A stretch of DNA of 32,000 nt from Cereibacter sphaeroides 2.4.1 (lineage in GTDB: Bacteria > Pseudomonadota > Alphaproteobacteria > Rhodobacterales > Rhodobacteraceae): contig NC_007494.2 of the NCBI RefSeq assembly GCF_000012905.2, forward strand, positions 210,001 through 242,000, written 5' to 3'. The notes beneath the pieces were generated by a model. That model saw nothing but the letters and a program-made list of their open reading frames with translations, did not search any database and had not been told where the DNA came from. Positions 1 to 9,627 of this stretch are shown here, one piece after another (positions within the stretch are counted from its first letter, which is position 1; every line of letters begins with the position of its first letter). The position numbers and the translations under genes are program-made.

Positions 1-1470
1 CCCGCGGCGGGACACGATCTCGGCCGGCGTCCCCATCTCGAGCACGCGGCCCGCATGCATGAGCGAGATGCGGTCGCAGCGCTCGGCTTCGTTCATGAAA
101 TGGGTGGTGATGAAGATGGTCACGCCGCGCTCGCGCGAGAGCACGATGAGCTTGCGCCAGAAGTCGTCGCGCGCGAGCGGATCCACGCCCGAGGTGGGCT
201 CGTCGAGGATCAGGATCCGCGGCTCGTGGATGGTGGCCACCGCGAGCTGGAGGCGCTGGCGGATGCCGAGCGGCAGGCTCTCGGGTTTCTGATCGGCGAC
301 CTCGGCCAGATCGAACTCGGCCATGACCTCGGCCACCCGGGGCGCGCGCCGCGCGGCGGGCAGGGCATAGAGCTGGGCATGGAGCGTCAGGTTCTGCCGC
401 ACGGTGAGCTCGCCATAGAGCGAGAAGCCCTGCGACATGTAGCCGATGCGCATCCGGCTCTGCATGTCGGCGGCGCCCAGCCGCTCGCCGAAGAGCCGCG
501 TCTCGCCTTCGGTCGCGTCCTGAAGGCCGGTCAGCATCTTCATCGTGGTGGATTTGCCGCAGCCGTTCGAGCCGAGGAAGCCGAAGATCTCGCCCTCGGG
601 AATGGTGAAGCTCACATCGTCCACCGCGGTGAAGTCGTCGAACCGCTTGGTGAGGTGGCGCGCCTCGATGGCGGGGGTGGCGTCGGGCGCATCGCCCCGC
701 GGCGGCAGGATGACGGGGGCGGCATCGGCCCCGCCGGGCAGGAGACGGATGAAGGCCGCCTCGAGCGTGGCGGCCCCGGTGCGGGCGCGCAGCTCGGCCG
801 GGCTGCCGGTGGCGATCACGCGGCCCCCGTCCATCGCGGCCAGCCAGTCGAACCGGTCGGCCTCCTCCATGTAGGCGGTGGCGACGAGGACGCTCATCCC
901 CGGCAGGTGGGTGCGGATGGCCGCGATCAGCTCCCAGAACTGACGGCGCGAGAGCGGATCGACCCCGGTCGTGGGCTCGTCGAGGATCAGCAGGTCCGGG
1001 TCGTGGATCAGCGCCGAGCAGAGCGAAAGTTTCTGCTTCATGCCGCCCGAGAGCTTGCCGGCGGGGCGGTCGGGGAAGGGGTCGAGGCCCGTGGCGCGGA
1101 GCAGCATCTCGATCCGCTGCGCGCGCTCCGGCGCCTTCTGGCCGAAGAGCCGGCCGAAGAACTCGAGGTTCTCGCGCACCGTGAGGGTGGGATAGAGGTT
1201 CCGCCCGAGCCCCTGCGGCATGTAGGCCACCCGCGGCGCCACCGCCTGCCGCTCGGCGCGGCGGGTCATGTCGTGGCCGAGCACGGTGAGCCCGCCGCCC
1301 TGCAGCCGCCGCACGCCCGCGACCAGCGCGAGAAGGGTGGACTTGCCCACCCCGTCCGGCCCGATCAGCCCCGCCATCCGGCCCGCGGGAATGGCGAGGC
1401 TGACCGCATCGAGGGCGGTCACGGTGCCGTAGCGGTGCGAGACGCCCGCGATCTCGGCTACGCTCTCCAT
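1..1470 (-). CDS. ABC transporter ATP-binding protein with two fused ATPase domains (YbhF-like). Partial: the C-terminus lies beyond the window start.
   Basis: My reverse-strand translation from ATG at 1470 gives [47 protein letters not shown] (Walker A). It also gives the signature and Walker [32 protein letters not shown] (~960-1060). A second Walker [15 protein letters not shown], lies at ~545-585 and a second Walker [12 protein letters not shown]-like, at ~200-230. The + strand track ORF 55..1563 is the antisense artefact. Confidence 0.85.
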   Translation of the reverse strand, partial: MESVAEIAGVSHRYGTVTALDAVSLAIPAGRMAGLIGPDGVGKSTLLALVAGVRRLQGGGLTVLGHDMTRRAERQAVAPRVAYMPQGLGRNLYPTLTVRENLEFFGRLFGQKAPERAQRIEMLLRATGLDPFPDRPAGKLSGGMKQKLSLCSALIHDPDLLILDEPTTGVDPLSRRQFWELIAAIRTHLPGMSVLVATAYMEEADRFDWLAAMDGGRVIATGSPAELRARTGAATLEAAFIRLLPGGADAAPVILPPRGDAPDATPAIEARHLTKRFDDFTAVDDVSFTIPEGEIFGFLGSNGCGKSTTMKMLTGLQDATEGETRLFGERLGAADMQSRMRIGYMSQGFSLYGELTVRQNLTLHAQLYALPAARRAPRVAEVMAEFDLAEVADQKPESLPLGIRQRLQLAVATIHEPRILILDEPTSGVDPLARDDFWRKLIVLSRERGVTIFITTHFMNEAERCDRISLMHAGRVLEMGTPAEIVSRRG

Positions 1471-1474
1471 GCCC

Positions 1475-2470
1475 TCAGTCCGGCAGCTTCACGGCCAGAT
1501 CGGCGGGCCAGTCGCGGCCGGGCTCGGTGCGCACGAAGCCCAGACCGCGGACGCCGGTCTTGATCTGGGTCTCGAACCGGGAGAGCAGCTCGGGCGGCAC
1601 CCGGAGCTTCACCCGGAACACCAGATCCTCGCGCTCCGAGGCGGTCTCGACCGACTTCGGCGTGAACTGCGCCTCGGGCGAGATGAAGGTGACGGTGGCG
1701 GGGATGACGTAGCGCGGCACCGGATCGAGGATCAGCCGCGCCTCGTCGTTCAGCACCAGCGGCCCCACGTCGGCGGCGGGCAGGTAGATGTTCATGTAGA
1801 CGTCGGAGAGGTCGAGGATCGAGACCACCGCCGCGCCGGCCGCCACCACCTCGCCCGGCTCGCGCAGCCGGTAGACCACGCGCCCGCGCACCGGGGCCGC
1901 GATCGTCAGATCCTCGAGCGCGATCTCGGCGCGGGCGAGGTCGGCCTCGGCGGCAGCGATCAGCGCTTCGGACTCCGTCACCTGCGCCCGGGCCATCTTC
2001 AGCGCCGCTTCGGCCGAGACGGCGGCATTGACCGCATCGTCGCGCACCGCGTCCGACACATGCTTGTCGGCGTGCAGCTGCACCACCCGGTCCCGGTTGG
2101 TCTCGGCCACGGTGAGCGCGCTGTCCGCCTGCGCCACGCTCGCCTCGGCCACGCTCTTGCCCGCGTGGGCGCGCATGAGCGCGGCCTTGGCCGCCAGAAG
2201 CTGCGCCTGCGCATCGCGGTCGTCGAGCCGCGCGACCGGATCGCCGGGCGACACGATCTGGCCCTCCGCGACCAGCACCTCGGTCACGCGCCCGGCGAGC
2301 TTGGCCGCCACATCCACCGTCTGCGCCTCGATCCGCCCGTTCGAGCGCGCGATGCCCTCGGTCTCCTCGGCGAAGAAGCGGGCCTTGAGCTTCTCGAACG
2401 GCGTCTCGGCCATCGCGGGCGCACAGGCCAGCGCCGGTGCGAGGAGGAAGGGAAGGAGGGCGCGCATCAT
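1475..2470 (-). CDS. HlyD-family periplasmic adaptor / membrane fusion protein (YbhG-like)
   Basis: This is the C-terminal 331 aa of track ORF 1475..5374, starting [21 protein letters not shown] (signal-like). It has a long Ala/Gln-rich coiled-coil segment and beta-barrel motifs ([11 protein letters not shown]..., [11 protein letters not shown]). An SD GGGAGA lies ~8 nt upstream of ATG 2470. The stop is 4 nt before the ABC ATPase start. Confidence 0.85.
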   Translation of the reverse strand: MMRALLPFLLAPALACAPAMAETPFEKLKARFFAEETEGIARSNGRIEAQTVDVAAKLAGRVTEVLVAEGQIVSPGDPVARLDDRDAQAQLLAAKAALMRAHAGKSVAEASVAQADSALTVAETNRDRVVQLHADKHVSDAVRDDAVNAAVSAEAALKMARAQVTESEALIAAAEADLARAEIALEDLTIAAPVRGRVVYRLREPGEVVAAGAAVVSILDLSDVYMNIYLPAADVGPLVLNDEARLILDPVPRYVIPATVTFISPEAQFTPKSVETASEREDLVFRVKLRVPPELLSRFETQIKTGVRGLGFVRTEPGRDWPADLAVKLPD

Positions 2471-2661
2471 GGACTGAGTCTCCCGTGGACCGGGCAGCCG
2501 GGCCCGTGAGGCGATAATGACCTCCGGGGGGCGAGCGTCCAGTGTCTCGCCGGTCGGGGATCGGCCGCCACGGTCGGTCCTGCGGCCTCTGCCGCCCTGC
2601 AGCAAGGGCTTCGGGCACCGGCGCTGCGGCATTCCGCCGCGGGCCTCGGGTGCTGCGGAGG

Positions 2662-2685
2662 GCGCGGCTCCGGCCGCAGCCGCGC
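2662..2685 (-). terminator. GC-rich hairpin just downstream of the mprF stop (possible terminator, no U-tract)
   Basis: GCGCGGCT (2662-2669) pairs with AGCCGCGC (2678-2685) around an 8-nt loop. It lies 3 nt from the mprF stop at 2689-2691. Confidence 0.3.
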
Positions 2686-2688
2686 GGC

Positions 2689-5304
2689 TCACTTCCGCAT
2701 CACGCCCCGGAGGCCGCCGCCGATCAGCAGCGTGACATCGACCAGTGCCGCCAGAGGCGAGACCCCGCCCGGCGTCACGAGGTAGCGCGACTGCCAGTCG
2801 GGACGGTATTTGGCCTTGAAGGACCGCAGGCCGCGGAAATTGTAGAACCGCTCGCCATGTTCGAAGACGGACTGGCCGAGATGGTTCCAGAACGGCGCGG
2901 CCTGATGTGCGGTGATGCCCGACAGCGGCGCCATCCCGAGGTTGAAGCTGCGGAAGCCCTGCCGCTTCATCTCGACCAGCAGGTTGCACAGCAGCACATC
3001 CATCGAGCCCGGCGGCGCGCTGCGGGCAAAGCGCATCAGATCGAGCGTGGCCTCGGCCTTCGTTCCCGTCTGCATGACCGTGGCGAAGGCCACGATGCGT
3101 CCCTCGGCGCGCAGCACCGCCACCGGCTGCTCGGCCACATAGTCGCGCTCGAACCGGCCGAGGGCGAAGCCTTTCTCGCGGGTGTCGTGATGCGCGAGCC
3201 ATGCGTCCGAAACCTGCTGGAGCTCGTCGAGGATCGGGCCGAGGTCGGCGGGCTCCAGCAGCTCGAAGGCCAGCCCCATCCGCTCGCCCTTGCGCAGGGC
3301 CTGCCGCTGCTCGGCCCACTGGCTCGATTGCAGGTCCATCGCCTCGAGATCGACCACCGCCCGCTCGCCCAGCTTCAGCCCGCGCAGGCCCGCGTCGGCG
3401 CAGAGCGGCAGAAGCGAGGGCGGCACCTGATAGAAGACCGGCCGGCCGCCCTTGGCGCGCGCGGTCTCGATGAAGCGCCAGATCAGTTCGGCCTGCGCGC
3501 GCGGGGCGCCGATGGGCCCGAAGAGCGAGATCCAGGACTGGCCCTGCACCGCATACATGAGGAAGGCGTCGCCCGCGTCCGAGAAGATCAGGCTCTTGTC
3601 GCGCATCCGCACGAGATTGGCCTCGCCCATGTCCTGCCCCTCGACGATGGCGAGCGCCTTCTGCAGCTCGGCCTCGTCGGGCATCCCGGGCTCGGGGCGG
3701 GAGGGCTGCAGCAGGCTGCGGATCGCAATCAGCGCCGACAGCACCACTACGCCCAGAAGGGCGCGCAGCCCGCGCGGCGCCTCGGCCGAGATCTCGAACT
3801 GCCACCAGAGGTCGTGGCTGTATGCCACGTCCTTCTGAACGAAGAGCAGGATCGTGATGGCCGAAATGGCCACGGTGGCGATCCCCGCGATCCAGGGCGG
3901 CGTCAGCGTCTGCGAGAAGAGCAAGGCGGGCCGGTCGAAGAGCGGCCGGCTCAGGAGGAGAAAGCCGATCAGGGCGGCCAGCATCACCGCCTCGTAGGGG
4001 GCCAGCGCCTTGACGAAGGTGAAGAGGAAGGCCGCGCTCGCCGCACCCAGCGTCAGCCAGTAGGCGCCGTCCAGCCGTTGCGTGAGGCCCCGGGCCGCGA
4101 CGAACAGCACGAGGCCGATCAGGCTCGACAGGAAATGCGCCCCTTCGATGAGCAGGGCGGGGACGTAGCCCGCGAGCCAGACGAGGTTCGCCTCGCGCGC
4201 GGGGATCACGCTCGAGAAGATCAGCATGACGCCGCAGATCACCGCGAGCGAGCCGAGGAGCGAGGGCGCGAGCAGCGTGCCCATCCGCTCCGCCCATTCG
4301 AGGCGCGGCGAATGGAACGCCTCGAGCGCCTCGGTCCAGGCCACCACCACCACCGCGATCAGGAGGGGCACGACATGGTAGATAACCCGGTAGAGGACGA
4401 GCGACCCCAGCAGAGCGTCCGTCCCCGTCGAGCCGCCGAGCGTGGTCAGGATCACCGCCTCGAGGACGCCCAGTCCCGCCGGGACGTGGCTCAGCACGCC
4501 GAGGCCGATGGCGATGGCATAGATGATGACGAAGGAGATCCAGCTGACCTCCAGATCCTGCGGCAGGAGCACCCAGAGGACAGTGGCGCAGACCATGAGA
4601 TCGGCCGCGGTGATGGCCAGCTGGCCCAGTGCGATGCCCGGGCGCGGCATGTGCGGCCGCAGCCACCCGTCGCTGCGCCAGAGGATCACGGCCGCCACCG
4701 TCAGCGCGAGCAGGAGGGCCGCCGACAGAAGCCGTAGCATCTGCGGCGTGAGACCGGCAAAGCCCGCCACCTGATCGGCCGCCACCAGCGCCGCGAGCGC
4801 GGTGGTGACCGTCAGACCGAGGCCGAAGGAGAGGGTCACGAAGGCGATCACGCCGGCGATCTGCTCGCCAGAGAGGCCGAGCCGGCTGTAACCGCGGTAG
4901 CGCACCGCCCCGGCCGACAGCGGGCCGAACCCCACGGTGTTGCCGATCGCATAGGCGCTGAAGGCGATCATGCCCACCTGCACCAGATTGGCCTGCTTGC
5001 CCAGATGGCGCAGCGCGTTGACATCGTAGCCCGCGAGCAGGACGAAGCTCACCACGGTGAAGAAGCCCGCGATCAGGATGTCGGTCCAGGTCGTCGCCTC
5101 GAGCGCGTGCAGGATGTCCTTGTAGCGGATGTCGCCCGTGATCCGGTAGGTCGTGTAGGCGACTGCCGCGAACACGACCCATGTCACCAGCGCGAGCAGC
5201 ACGGTGCGGTTGCGGCTGAGCCAGTCGCGCACGGGGCGCGACCGGGGCGGGAGGGCCTCGTCCGGAGGCGTCGCGTCTTCGGGCGTCTCGCTGCGCCAGG
5301 ACAT
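2689..5304 (-). CDS. mprF: Bifunctional lysyl-/aminoacyl-phosphatidylglycerol synthase-flippase (MprF/LpiA family)
   Basis: 871 aa starting at MSWRSETPED (ATG 5304, SD AAGGGG upstream). The N-terminal ~550 aa form a polytopic membrane domain. The C-terminal domain resembles the aminoacyl-PG synthase domain (...FLMYAVQGQSWISLFGPIG..., ...FYNFRGLRSFKAKYRPDWQSRYLV...). The track ORF 2689..5469 carries a spurious 55-aa N-terminal extension. Confidence 0.9.
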   Translation of the reverse strand: MSWRSETPEDATPPDEALPPRSRPVRDWLSRNRTVLLALVTWVVFAAVAYTTYRITGDIRYKDILHALEATTWTDILIAGFFTVVSFVLLAGYDVNALRHLGKQANLVQVGMIAFSAYAIGNTVGFGPLSAGAVRYRGYSRLGLSGEQIAGVIAFVTLSFGLGLTVTTALAALVAADQVAGFAGLTPQMLRLLSAALLLALTVAAVILWRSDGWLRPHMPRPGIALGQLAITAADLMVCATVLWVLLPQDLEVSWISFVIIYAIAIGLGVLSHVPAGLGVLEAVILTTLGGSTGTDALLGSLVLYRVIYHVVPLLIAVVVVAWTEALEAFHSPRLEWAERMGTLLAPSLLGSLAVICGVMLIFSSVIPAREANLVWLAGYVPALLIEGAHFLSSLIGLVLFVAARGLTQRLDGAYWLTLGAASAAFLFTFVKALAPYEAVMLAALIGFLLLSRPLFDRPALLFSQTLTPPWIAGIATVAISAITILLFVQKDVAYSHDLWWQFEISAEAPRGLRALLGVVVLSALIAIRSLLQPSRPEPGMPDEAELQKALAIVEGQDMGEANLVRMRDKSLIFSDAGDAFLMYAVQGQSWISLFGPIGAPRAQAELIWRFIETARAKGGRPVFYQVPPSLLPLCADAGLRGLKLGERAVVDLEAMDLQSSQWAEQRQALRKGERMGLAFELLEPADLGPILDELQQVSDAWLAHHDTREKGFALGRFERDYVAEQPVAVLRAEGRIVAFATVMQTGTKAEATLDLMRFARSAPPGSMDVLLCNLLVEMKRQGFRSFNLGMAPLSGITAHQAAPFWNHLGQSVFEHGERFYNFRGLRSFKAKYRPDWQSRYLVTPGGVSPLAALVDVTLLIGGGLRGVMRK

Positions 5305-5879
5305 GCAGTGCCCCTTCTGGATCGCCCGCCTGACGGCTCCGGCGTTGCTCCTCATGCTGCGCCCGGCCCGGCAAGAAAGCCCGGGGCGCGGCGCACAGCC
5401 TCCTGAAGATCGTCGGTTCCCGACGCTCGTGTCGCGGGTCCTTCTAGCCTGCGCCCGCGCTGCCGCCAAGCCCCTCCGGCGCCGGGCCGCCCGGGCCTGC
5501 CGCGGCGTCGCTCAAGGCTCCCCAGCTGCGCCAAATCTCCGTCATCCTTCCCCCTCCGCCGGCATCCGTCGTCAGGGTCCGGGCAAGGGGCACTCTCTCC
5601 CTCAGGATGAGAGACGTCTGCGCCCCTCGGAAGGGGAGCCTTAACCGCTCTCGACGGCGCGCTCCGCGAGGATCCGGCCTGCGCCCGATCGCTGCGCAGC
5701 GGCGGGCAAACCGGCTGCTCAGGGACAGGATCTGCCGACAGTCCCGTGGGGAGAAGGCTGGTTCCGGCATATCGTCCGGCACGCGGGATGGCTGCCCGAG
5801 GGTTGATGCTGGTTGGGCGGCGGACCGTCGGATCCCCCCTTCGACGGTGCGGTGGCGGGCCGCGGCCCGGCCGGCTCGC

Positions 5880-6410
5880 CATCGTCAGCCGCCTCGTGGG
5901 ACGCGGGCTCAGCCTCGCGCTGATCGAGGCCGGAAGCCGGCGCCGCGACCGCGCGGATGAGGAGCCTGAAGCCTGTCGGGCGACGGCCATCCCGCCGCCC
6001 ATCGCTTCCGGCGCCGGATGCTCGGCGGTGCCTCTACCGTCCGGGGCGGGCGCCTCGCGCAACGTCCGGCCCGAGGGGCTCGGGAACCACAGCGACCATC
6101 CGGGGCGCCAGTACATGACCCATGTGACCATCGATGTGGGCGAGCTGCCTCTGACCTCGGCCATCGAGGGCGGCAAGATCGATTGCCGCCGGTCGCGCGA
6201 CGGGATCTCCGGGCGCAGCCTCATCCGCCCCACGGACGCCTGCCGACAGCGCGACCGGCTGCCGAAGGCGCTGGGGCGACCCGCTTTGCCGTCGACCGGG
6301 GATGCTGCGCACCTGCCCGATCCTGTCGGCGGTGCATCTGGCCAAGCTGCTCGTATCCAAGGAGCATCGGCCGGGGCTGGTCGGCGCGGCCGCGCTGCCG
6401 CCGGACCGAC
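5880..6410 (+). pseudogene. Coding-like region with no intact ORF assignment: probable frameshifted gene remnant or unannotated gene of unknown function
   Basis: Hand-counted codon-position periodicity. The GC-richest position falls at coordinates = 0 mod 3 from ~5880 to ~6300 (frame of track ORF 5746..9660). It switches to = 1 mod 3 from ~6301 to ~6410 (58-aa ORF from ATG 6302 to TGA 6478, MLRTCPILSAVHLAKLLVSKEHRPGLVGAAALPPD...). I recognise no family. Confidence 0.3.
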
Positions 6411-6434
6411 CCCGGCCGGCGGCGGTCACCGGGA

Positions 6435-7022
6435 TCAGGAGGGGCAGGCGGCGCCGCTGTCGATCCAGGCGCGCGTGAGCTCGCCGAAGATCTTCTGGCT
6501 GCCGGGCGCGGGCTCGCGGCCCTCGCCGGGGTCCCAGCCCCAACCCACGAGCCCGTCCTCTGCATTGTGCTCGTGCAGCTGTTCCAGCGTCTTGCCGCCG
6601 TTGCGTTCGGGGTCCTTCATCTGCGCGCAGATCTCGCCCAGGCTGCGGCCGACCCATCCCATGCTGATCGGTGCCAGCGCCCAAGGCTCGTGGCCCGGGA
6701 TGCTGCCGGGACTGCCGGTGAAGGAGACGTTCCGCGACCCGTGGCATGTGGTGCAGTTCATCCCGACCGCGCCGAAATCGGCCGCGCCCCGAACCACCGG
6801 CGGGTTGTGGGCCTGCATCCGGTCGCCCTGCGTGGGGCCGCCCTCGACGGGGTGGCAGTTCAGGCAGCGCGGATGGGTGAGGACTTTGCCCATCTCGGCA
6901 AAGAGGGCCTCGGAGCGCGCGCCCTCGTCGGCGATGTCGGCGAAGGCGTCGGGCCCGCGCAGGTCCTGCGCGAGCGCAGGGGCCGCCGCGAGCATTGCTG
7001 CGGCGAGGAAGGAAAGGCGCAT
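6435..7022 (-). CDS. Periplasmic dihaem c-type cytochrome, third subunit associated with the IorAB-type dehydrogenase
   Basis: 195 aa: MRLSFLAAAMLAAAPALAQD (Sec signal) with two CxxCH motifs (CLNCH, CTTCH). ATG is at 7022 with SD GAGGTG. It starts 7 nt after the IorB-like stop. Confidence 0.8.
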   Translation of the reverse strand: MRLSFLAAAMLAAAPALAQDLRGPDAFADIADEGARSEALFAEMGKVLTHPRCLNCHPVEGGPTQGDRMQAHNPPVVRGAADFGAVGMNCTTCHGSRNVSFTGSPGSIPGHEPWALAPISMGWVGRSLGEICAQMKDPERNGGKTLEQLHEHNAEDGLVGWGWDPGEGREPAPGSQKIFGELTRAWIDSGAACPS

Positions 7023-7029
7023 GGTCACC

Positions 7030-9165
7030 TCAGGACAGAAGTTGCGCGAAGGGAAGCTGGCGCACCGGCTGACCCGTGAGGGCGCGCCAGGCATTCGCCA
7101 CGGCCGGGGCAAGCGGCGGCACGCCGGGCTCGCCCACGCCGGTGGGCGGCTCGGTCGAGGGCAGGATCGCCACATGGACCTGCGGCATCTCGTGGATGCG
7201 CAACAGGCGGTAATCGTCGAAGTTCGACTGCTGCACCCGCCCCTCGCCATCGAGCGTGATCGCGCTGTAAAGCGCGGCCGAAAGCGCATAGCCGATGCCG
7301 CCCTCCATCTGGGCGCGGATCACGTCGGGGTTGACCGCCACGCCGCAATCGACGGCGCACCAGACCTGCGTGACCTTCGGCAGCGCCCCGCCGTTCTCGA
7401 CCTCGACGATCTGGGCCACATAGGTGCCGAAGCTCTTGGCGACCGCCACGCCATAGGCGCGTCCCTCGCGGGTGCGGCCCTGCCAGTCCGCGATCTCGGC
7501 CACCTTTTCCAGCACGCCGCGGTAGCGCCCCGCCTCGGGCGTCATCAGATCGAGCCGCCCCTGCACCGGATCCTTGCCCGCCCGCTCGAGCACCTCGTCG
7601 AGGAAGACCTCGACCGCGAAGGCCGTGTGCGTGTGGCCGACCGAGCGCCACCAGAGCACGGGCACCGGGCTTTCCACCCGCGCCCAGGAGATGCGTCGCG
7701 CCCCCACGTCGTAGGGCAGATCGTTCGATCCCTCGTAGGAGCTGGGATCCAGCCCGTCCTGCATGAAGGCCTCGAGCGCGGTGCCTGCCATGATCGACTG
7801 GTTCGCGACGGCATTCTCCCAGCCGACGATCCGGCCCTCGGCATCGAGACCGGCACGCAGCCGGTGGAGCGTCATCGGGCGGTAGTAGCCGCCCTTCAGA
7901 TCGTCCTCGCGGGTCCAGAGCAGCTTGAAGGCGCCGTCGCGCCCGGCGGCCTGCGCGATATGGGCGATTTCGGCGGCGAGATGCCCGTTGCCCTGCGCGC
8001 GCCGCCCGAACGAGCCGCCCGCGAGGAGCACGTTGATCCTGACGGACTCCATCGGAAGGCCGAGGGTCTGGGCCACGGTCGGCCGGTCGATCGAGGGGAA
8101 CTGGCAGCCATACCAGAGCTCGGCGCGGCCCTCCTTCACCTCGATCACCGCATCGAGCGGCTCCATCGGCGCATGGGCGAGATAGGGGAAGCGGTAATCG
8201 GCCTGAAGCACCTCGGCGGCGCCCTCGATGGCGCCCTTGTCGCCGGATTCCTCGACCACCCGGGCCTCGGCCAGCGCACCGGCCATGTCTTCCAGCATGG
8301 CGGAGGAGCTGCGCCGCTCGGCCTTGCTCTCGTCCCAGCGGATCTCCAGCGCGTCGCGGCCCTTGATGGCGGCGAAGGTGTTGCGGGCATAGACCGCGAT
8401 CCCCTCGGGGATCTGGCGCACCATCTCCACGCCCTTCACCTTCAGCGCGCGGGCATCGTCATAGGAGGCCACGGTGGCGCCGAAGGCGGGCGGATGGGCC
8501 ACCACGACCGTCAGCATCCCCTCGCGGTAGATGTCGAGCGTGAATTCGGCGGTGCCGTCCGACTTGGCGGCGGAATCGAGCCGCTTGCCCGTGCCGCCGA
8601 TCAGCACGAACTGCGACGGGTCCTTCAGCGGCGGATCCTGCGGCACCGCGCGCTCGGCCGCGGCGGCCGCGAAGGCGCCGAAGCCCGCCTCTTTGCCGCC
8701 GGGATGCGAGAGCCGCCCCGCGCGGACGGCGATCTCGGAGGCCGCCACGCCCCATTCCTCGGCTGCGGCCTCGACCAGCATGGCGCGGGCCGCAGCACCC
8801 GCCTTGCGCATCTGGATGTAGCTGTTGGCGATGGCGGTCGAGCCGCCGGTGCCCTGCGCCCCGAAGGCAAGGTTCTTGTAGAGCGCATCGTCGGCGGGGG
8901 CCGCTTCGGCGCGCATCTGGCTCCAGTCCGCGTCCATCTCCTCGGCCACCAGCGTCGCAAGGCCGGTGTAGGGGCCCTGGCCCATCTCGAGATGCTTGAT
9001 GATGACCGTCACCGTATCGTCCGCGCCCACGCGGATGAAGGCGTTGGGCGTGGCGGGCAGGTCCGGCGGCGCGCCCTGCGCCCGGGCGAAGGGAGTGGGC
9101 AGCACGAGGGCGAGGGTGAAGCCCGCGGTCGAGGCGAGGAAGCGGCGGCGCGAGAGCATGGTCAT
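7030..9165 (-). CDS. Molybdopterin-binding large subunit of an aldehyde oxidase/xanthine dehydrogenase-family enzyme (IorB-like), Tat-exported
   Basis: 711-aa track ORF. It has a twin-arginine signal (MTMLSRRRFLASTAG) and typical IorB-like segments (HLEMGQGPYTGLATLVAEE, FPYLAHAPMEP, LAGGSFGRR, VWCAVDCGVAVNPD). Confidence 0.9.
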   Translation of the reverse strand: MTMLSRRRFLASTAGFTLALVLPTPFARAQGAPPDLPATPNAFIRVGADDTVTVIIKHLEMGQGPYTGLATLVAEEMDADWSQMRAEAAPADDALYKNLAFGAQGTGGSTAIANSYIQMRKAGAAARAMLVEAAAEEWGVAASEIAVRAGRLSHPGGKEAGFGAFAAAAAERAVPQDPPLKDPSQFVLIGGTGKRLDSAAKSDGTAEFTLDIYREGMLTVVVAHPPAFGATVASYDDARALKVKGVEMVRQIPEGIAVYARNTFAAIKGRDALEIRWDESKAERRSSSAMLEDMAGALAEARVVEESGDKGAIEGAAEVLQADYRFPYLAHAPMEPLDAVIEVKEGRAELWYGCQFPSIDRPTVAQTLGLPMESVRINVLLAGGSFGRRAQGNGHLAAEIAHIAQAAGRDGAFKLLWTREDDLKGGYYRPMTLHRLRAGLDAEGRIVGWENAVANQSIMAGTALEAFMQDGLDPSSYEGSNDLPYDVGARRISWARVESPVPVLWWRSVGHTHTAFAVEVFLDEVLERAGKDPVQGRLDLMTPEAGRYRGVLEKVAEIADWQGRTREGRAYGVAVAKSFGTYVAQIVEVENGGALPKVTQVWCAVDCGVAVNPDVIRAQMEGGIGYALSAALYSAITLDGEGRVQQSNFDDYRLLRIHEMPQVHVAILPSTEPPTGVGEPGVPPLAPAVANAWRALTGQPVRQLPFAQLLS

Positions 9166-9168
9166 GGC

Positions 9169-9627
9169 TCAGCCCTCCAGGGTGCGGGCGGCGTCATGGA
9201 TCGCCTGCCGGATGCGGACATAGGTGGCGCAGCGGCAGAGGTTGCCGCCCATCGCGTGATCGATCTCCTCGTCGGTGGGCTTCGGGATCTGGCGCAGGAG
9301 CGCGGTCGCCGACATCACCTGGCCCGACTGGCACCAGCCGCATTGCGGCACGTCCGACGCGGCCCAGGCGGCCTGCACGGCGGAGATCTCCGGCCCCTCC
9401 ATCCCCTCGATGGTGGTGACGGACGCATTTTCGATCATCCCGACCGGCGTCACGCAGGACCGTCGGGGCATCCCGTCCAGCATGACGGTGCAGGCCCCGC
9501 ACTGGGCGACCCCGCAACCGAACTTCGTGCCGGTCAGGCGCAGCTCGTCGCGCAGGACCCAGAGCAGAGGGGTGTCGGGATCGACGTCGAGGGACATCTC
9601 GCGCCCGTTGACGGTCAGGTGGATCAT
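9169..9627 (-). CDS. (2Fe-2S)-binding small subunit (IorA-like)
   Basis: 152 aa starting at [29 protein letters not shown]. Cys clusters are [12 protein letters not shown] and QCGWCQSGQ...CRC. SD GGGAGG precedes ATG 9627. The stop is 3 nt before the iorB-like start. Confidence 0.9.
   Translation of the reverse strand: MIHLTVNGREMSLDVDPDTPLLWVLRDELRLTGTKFGCGVAQCGACTVMLDGMPRRSCVTPVGMIENASVTTIEGMEGPEISAVQAAWAASDVPQCGWCQSGQVMSATALLRQIPKPTDEEIDHAMGGNLCRCATYVRIRQAIHDAARTLEG

Noticed and set aside
55-1563. A 502-aa plus-strand ORF, plus the nested ORFs 59..292, 545..874 and 971..1195.
   Set aside because: It is antisense to a clearly recognisable tandem ABC ATPase (Walker A/B and signature motifs on the minus strand). 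The translation is Arg/Gly/Ala/Pro-rich, typical of off-strand ORFs in high-GC DNA.
1475-5374. A 1299-aa minus-strand mega-ORF.
   Set aside because: Only its last 331 aa (HlyD adaptor, 1475-2470) are protein-like. The upstream part runs out of frame through the mprF locus and is low-complexity Arg/Ala/Gly/Pro.
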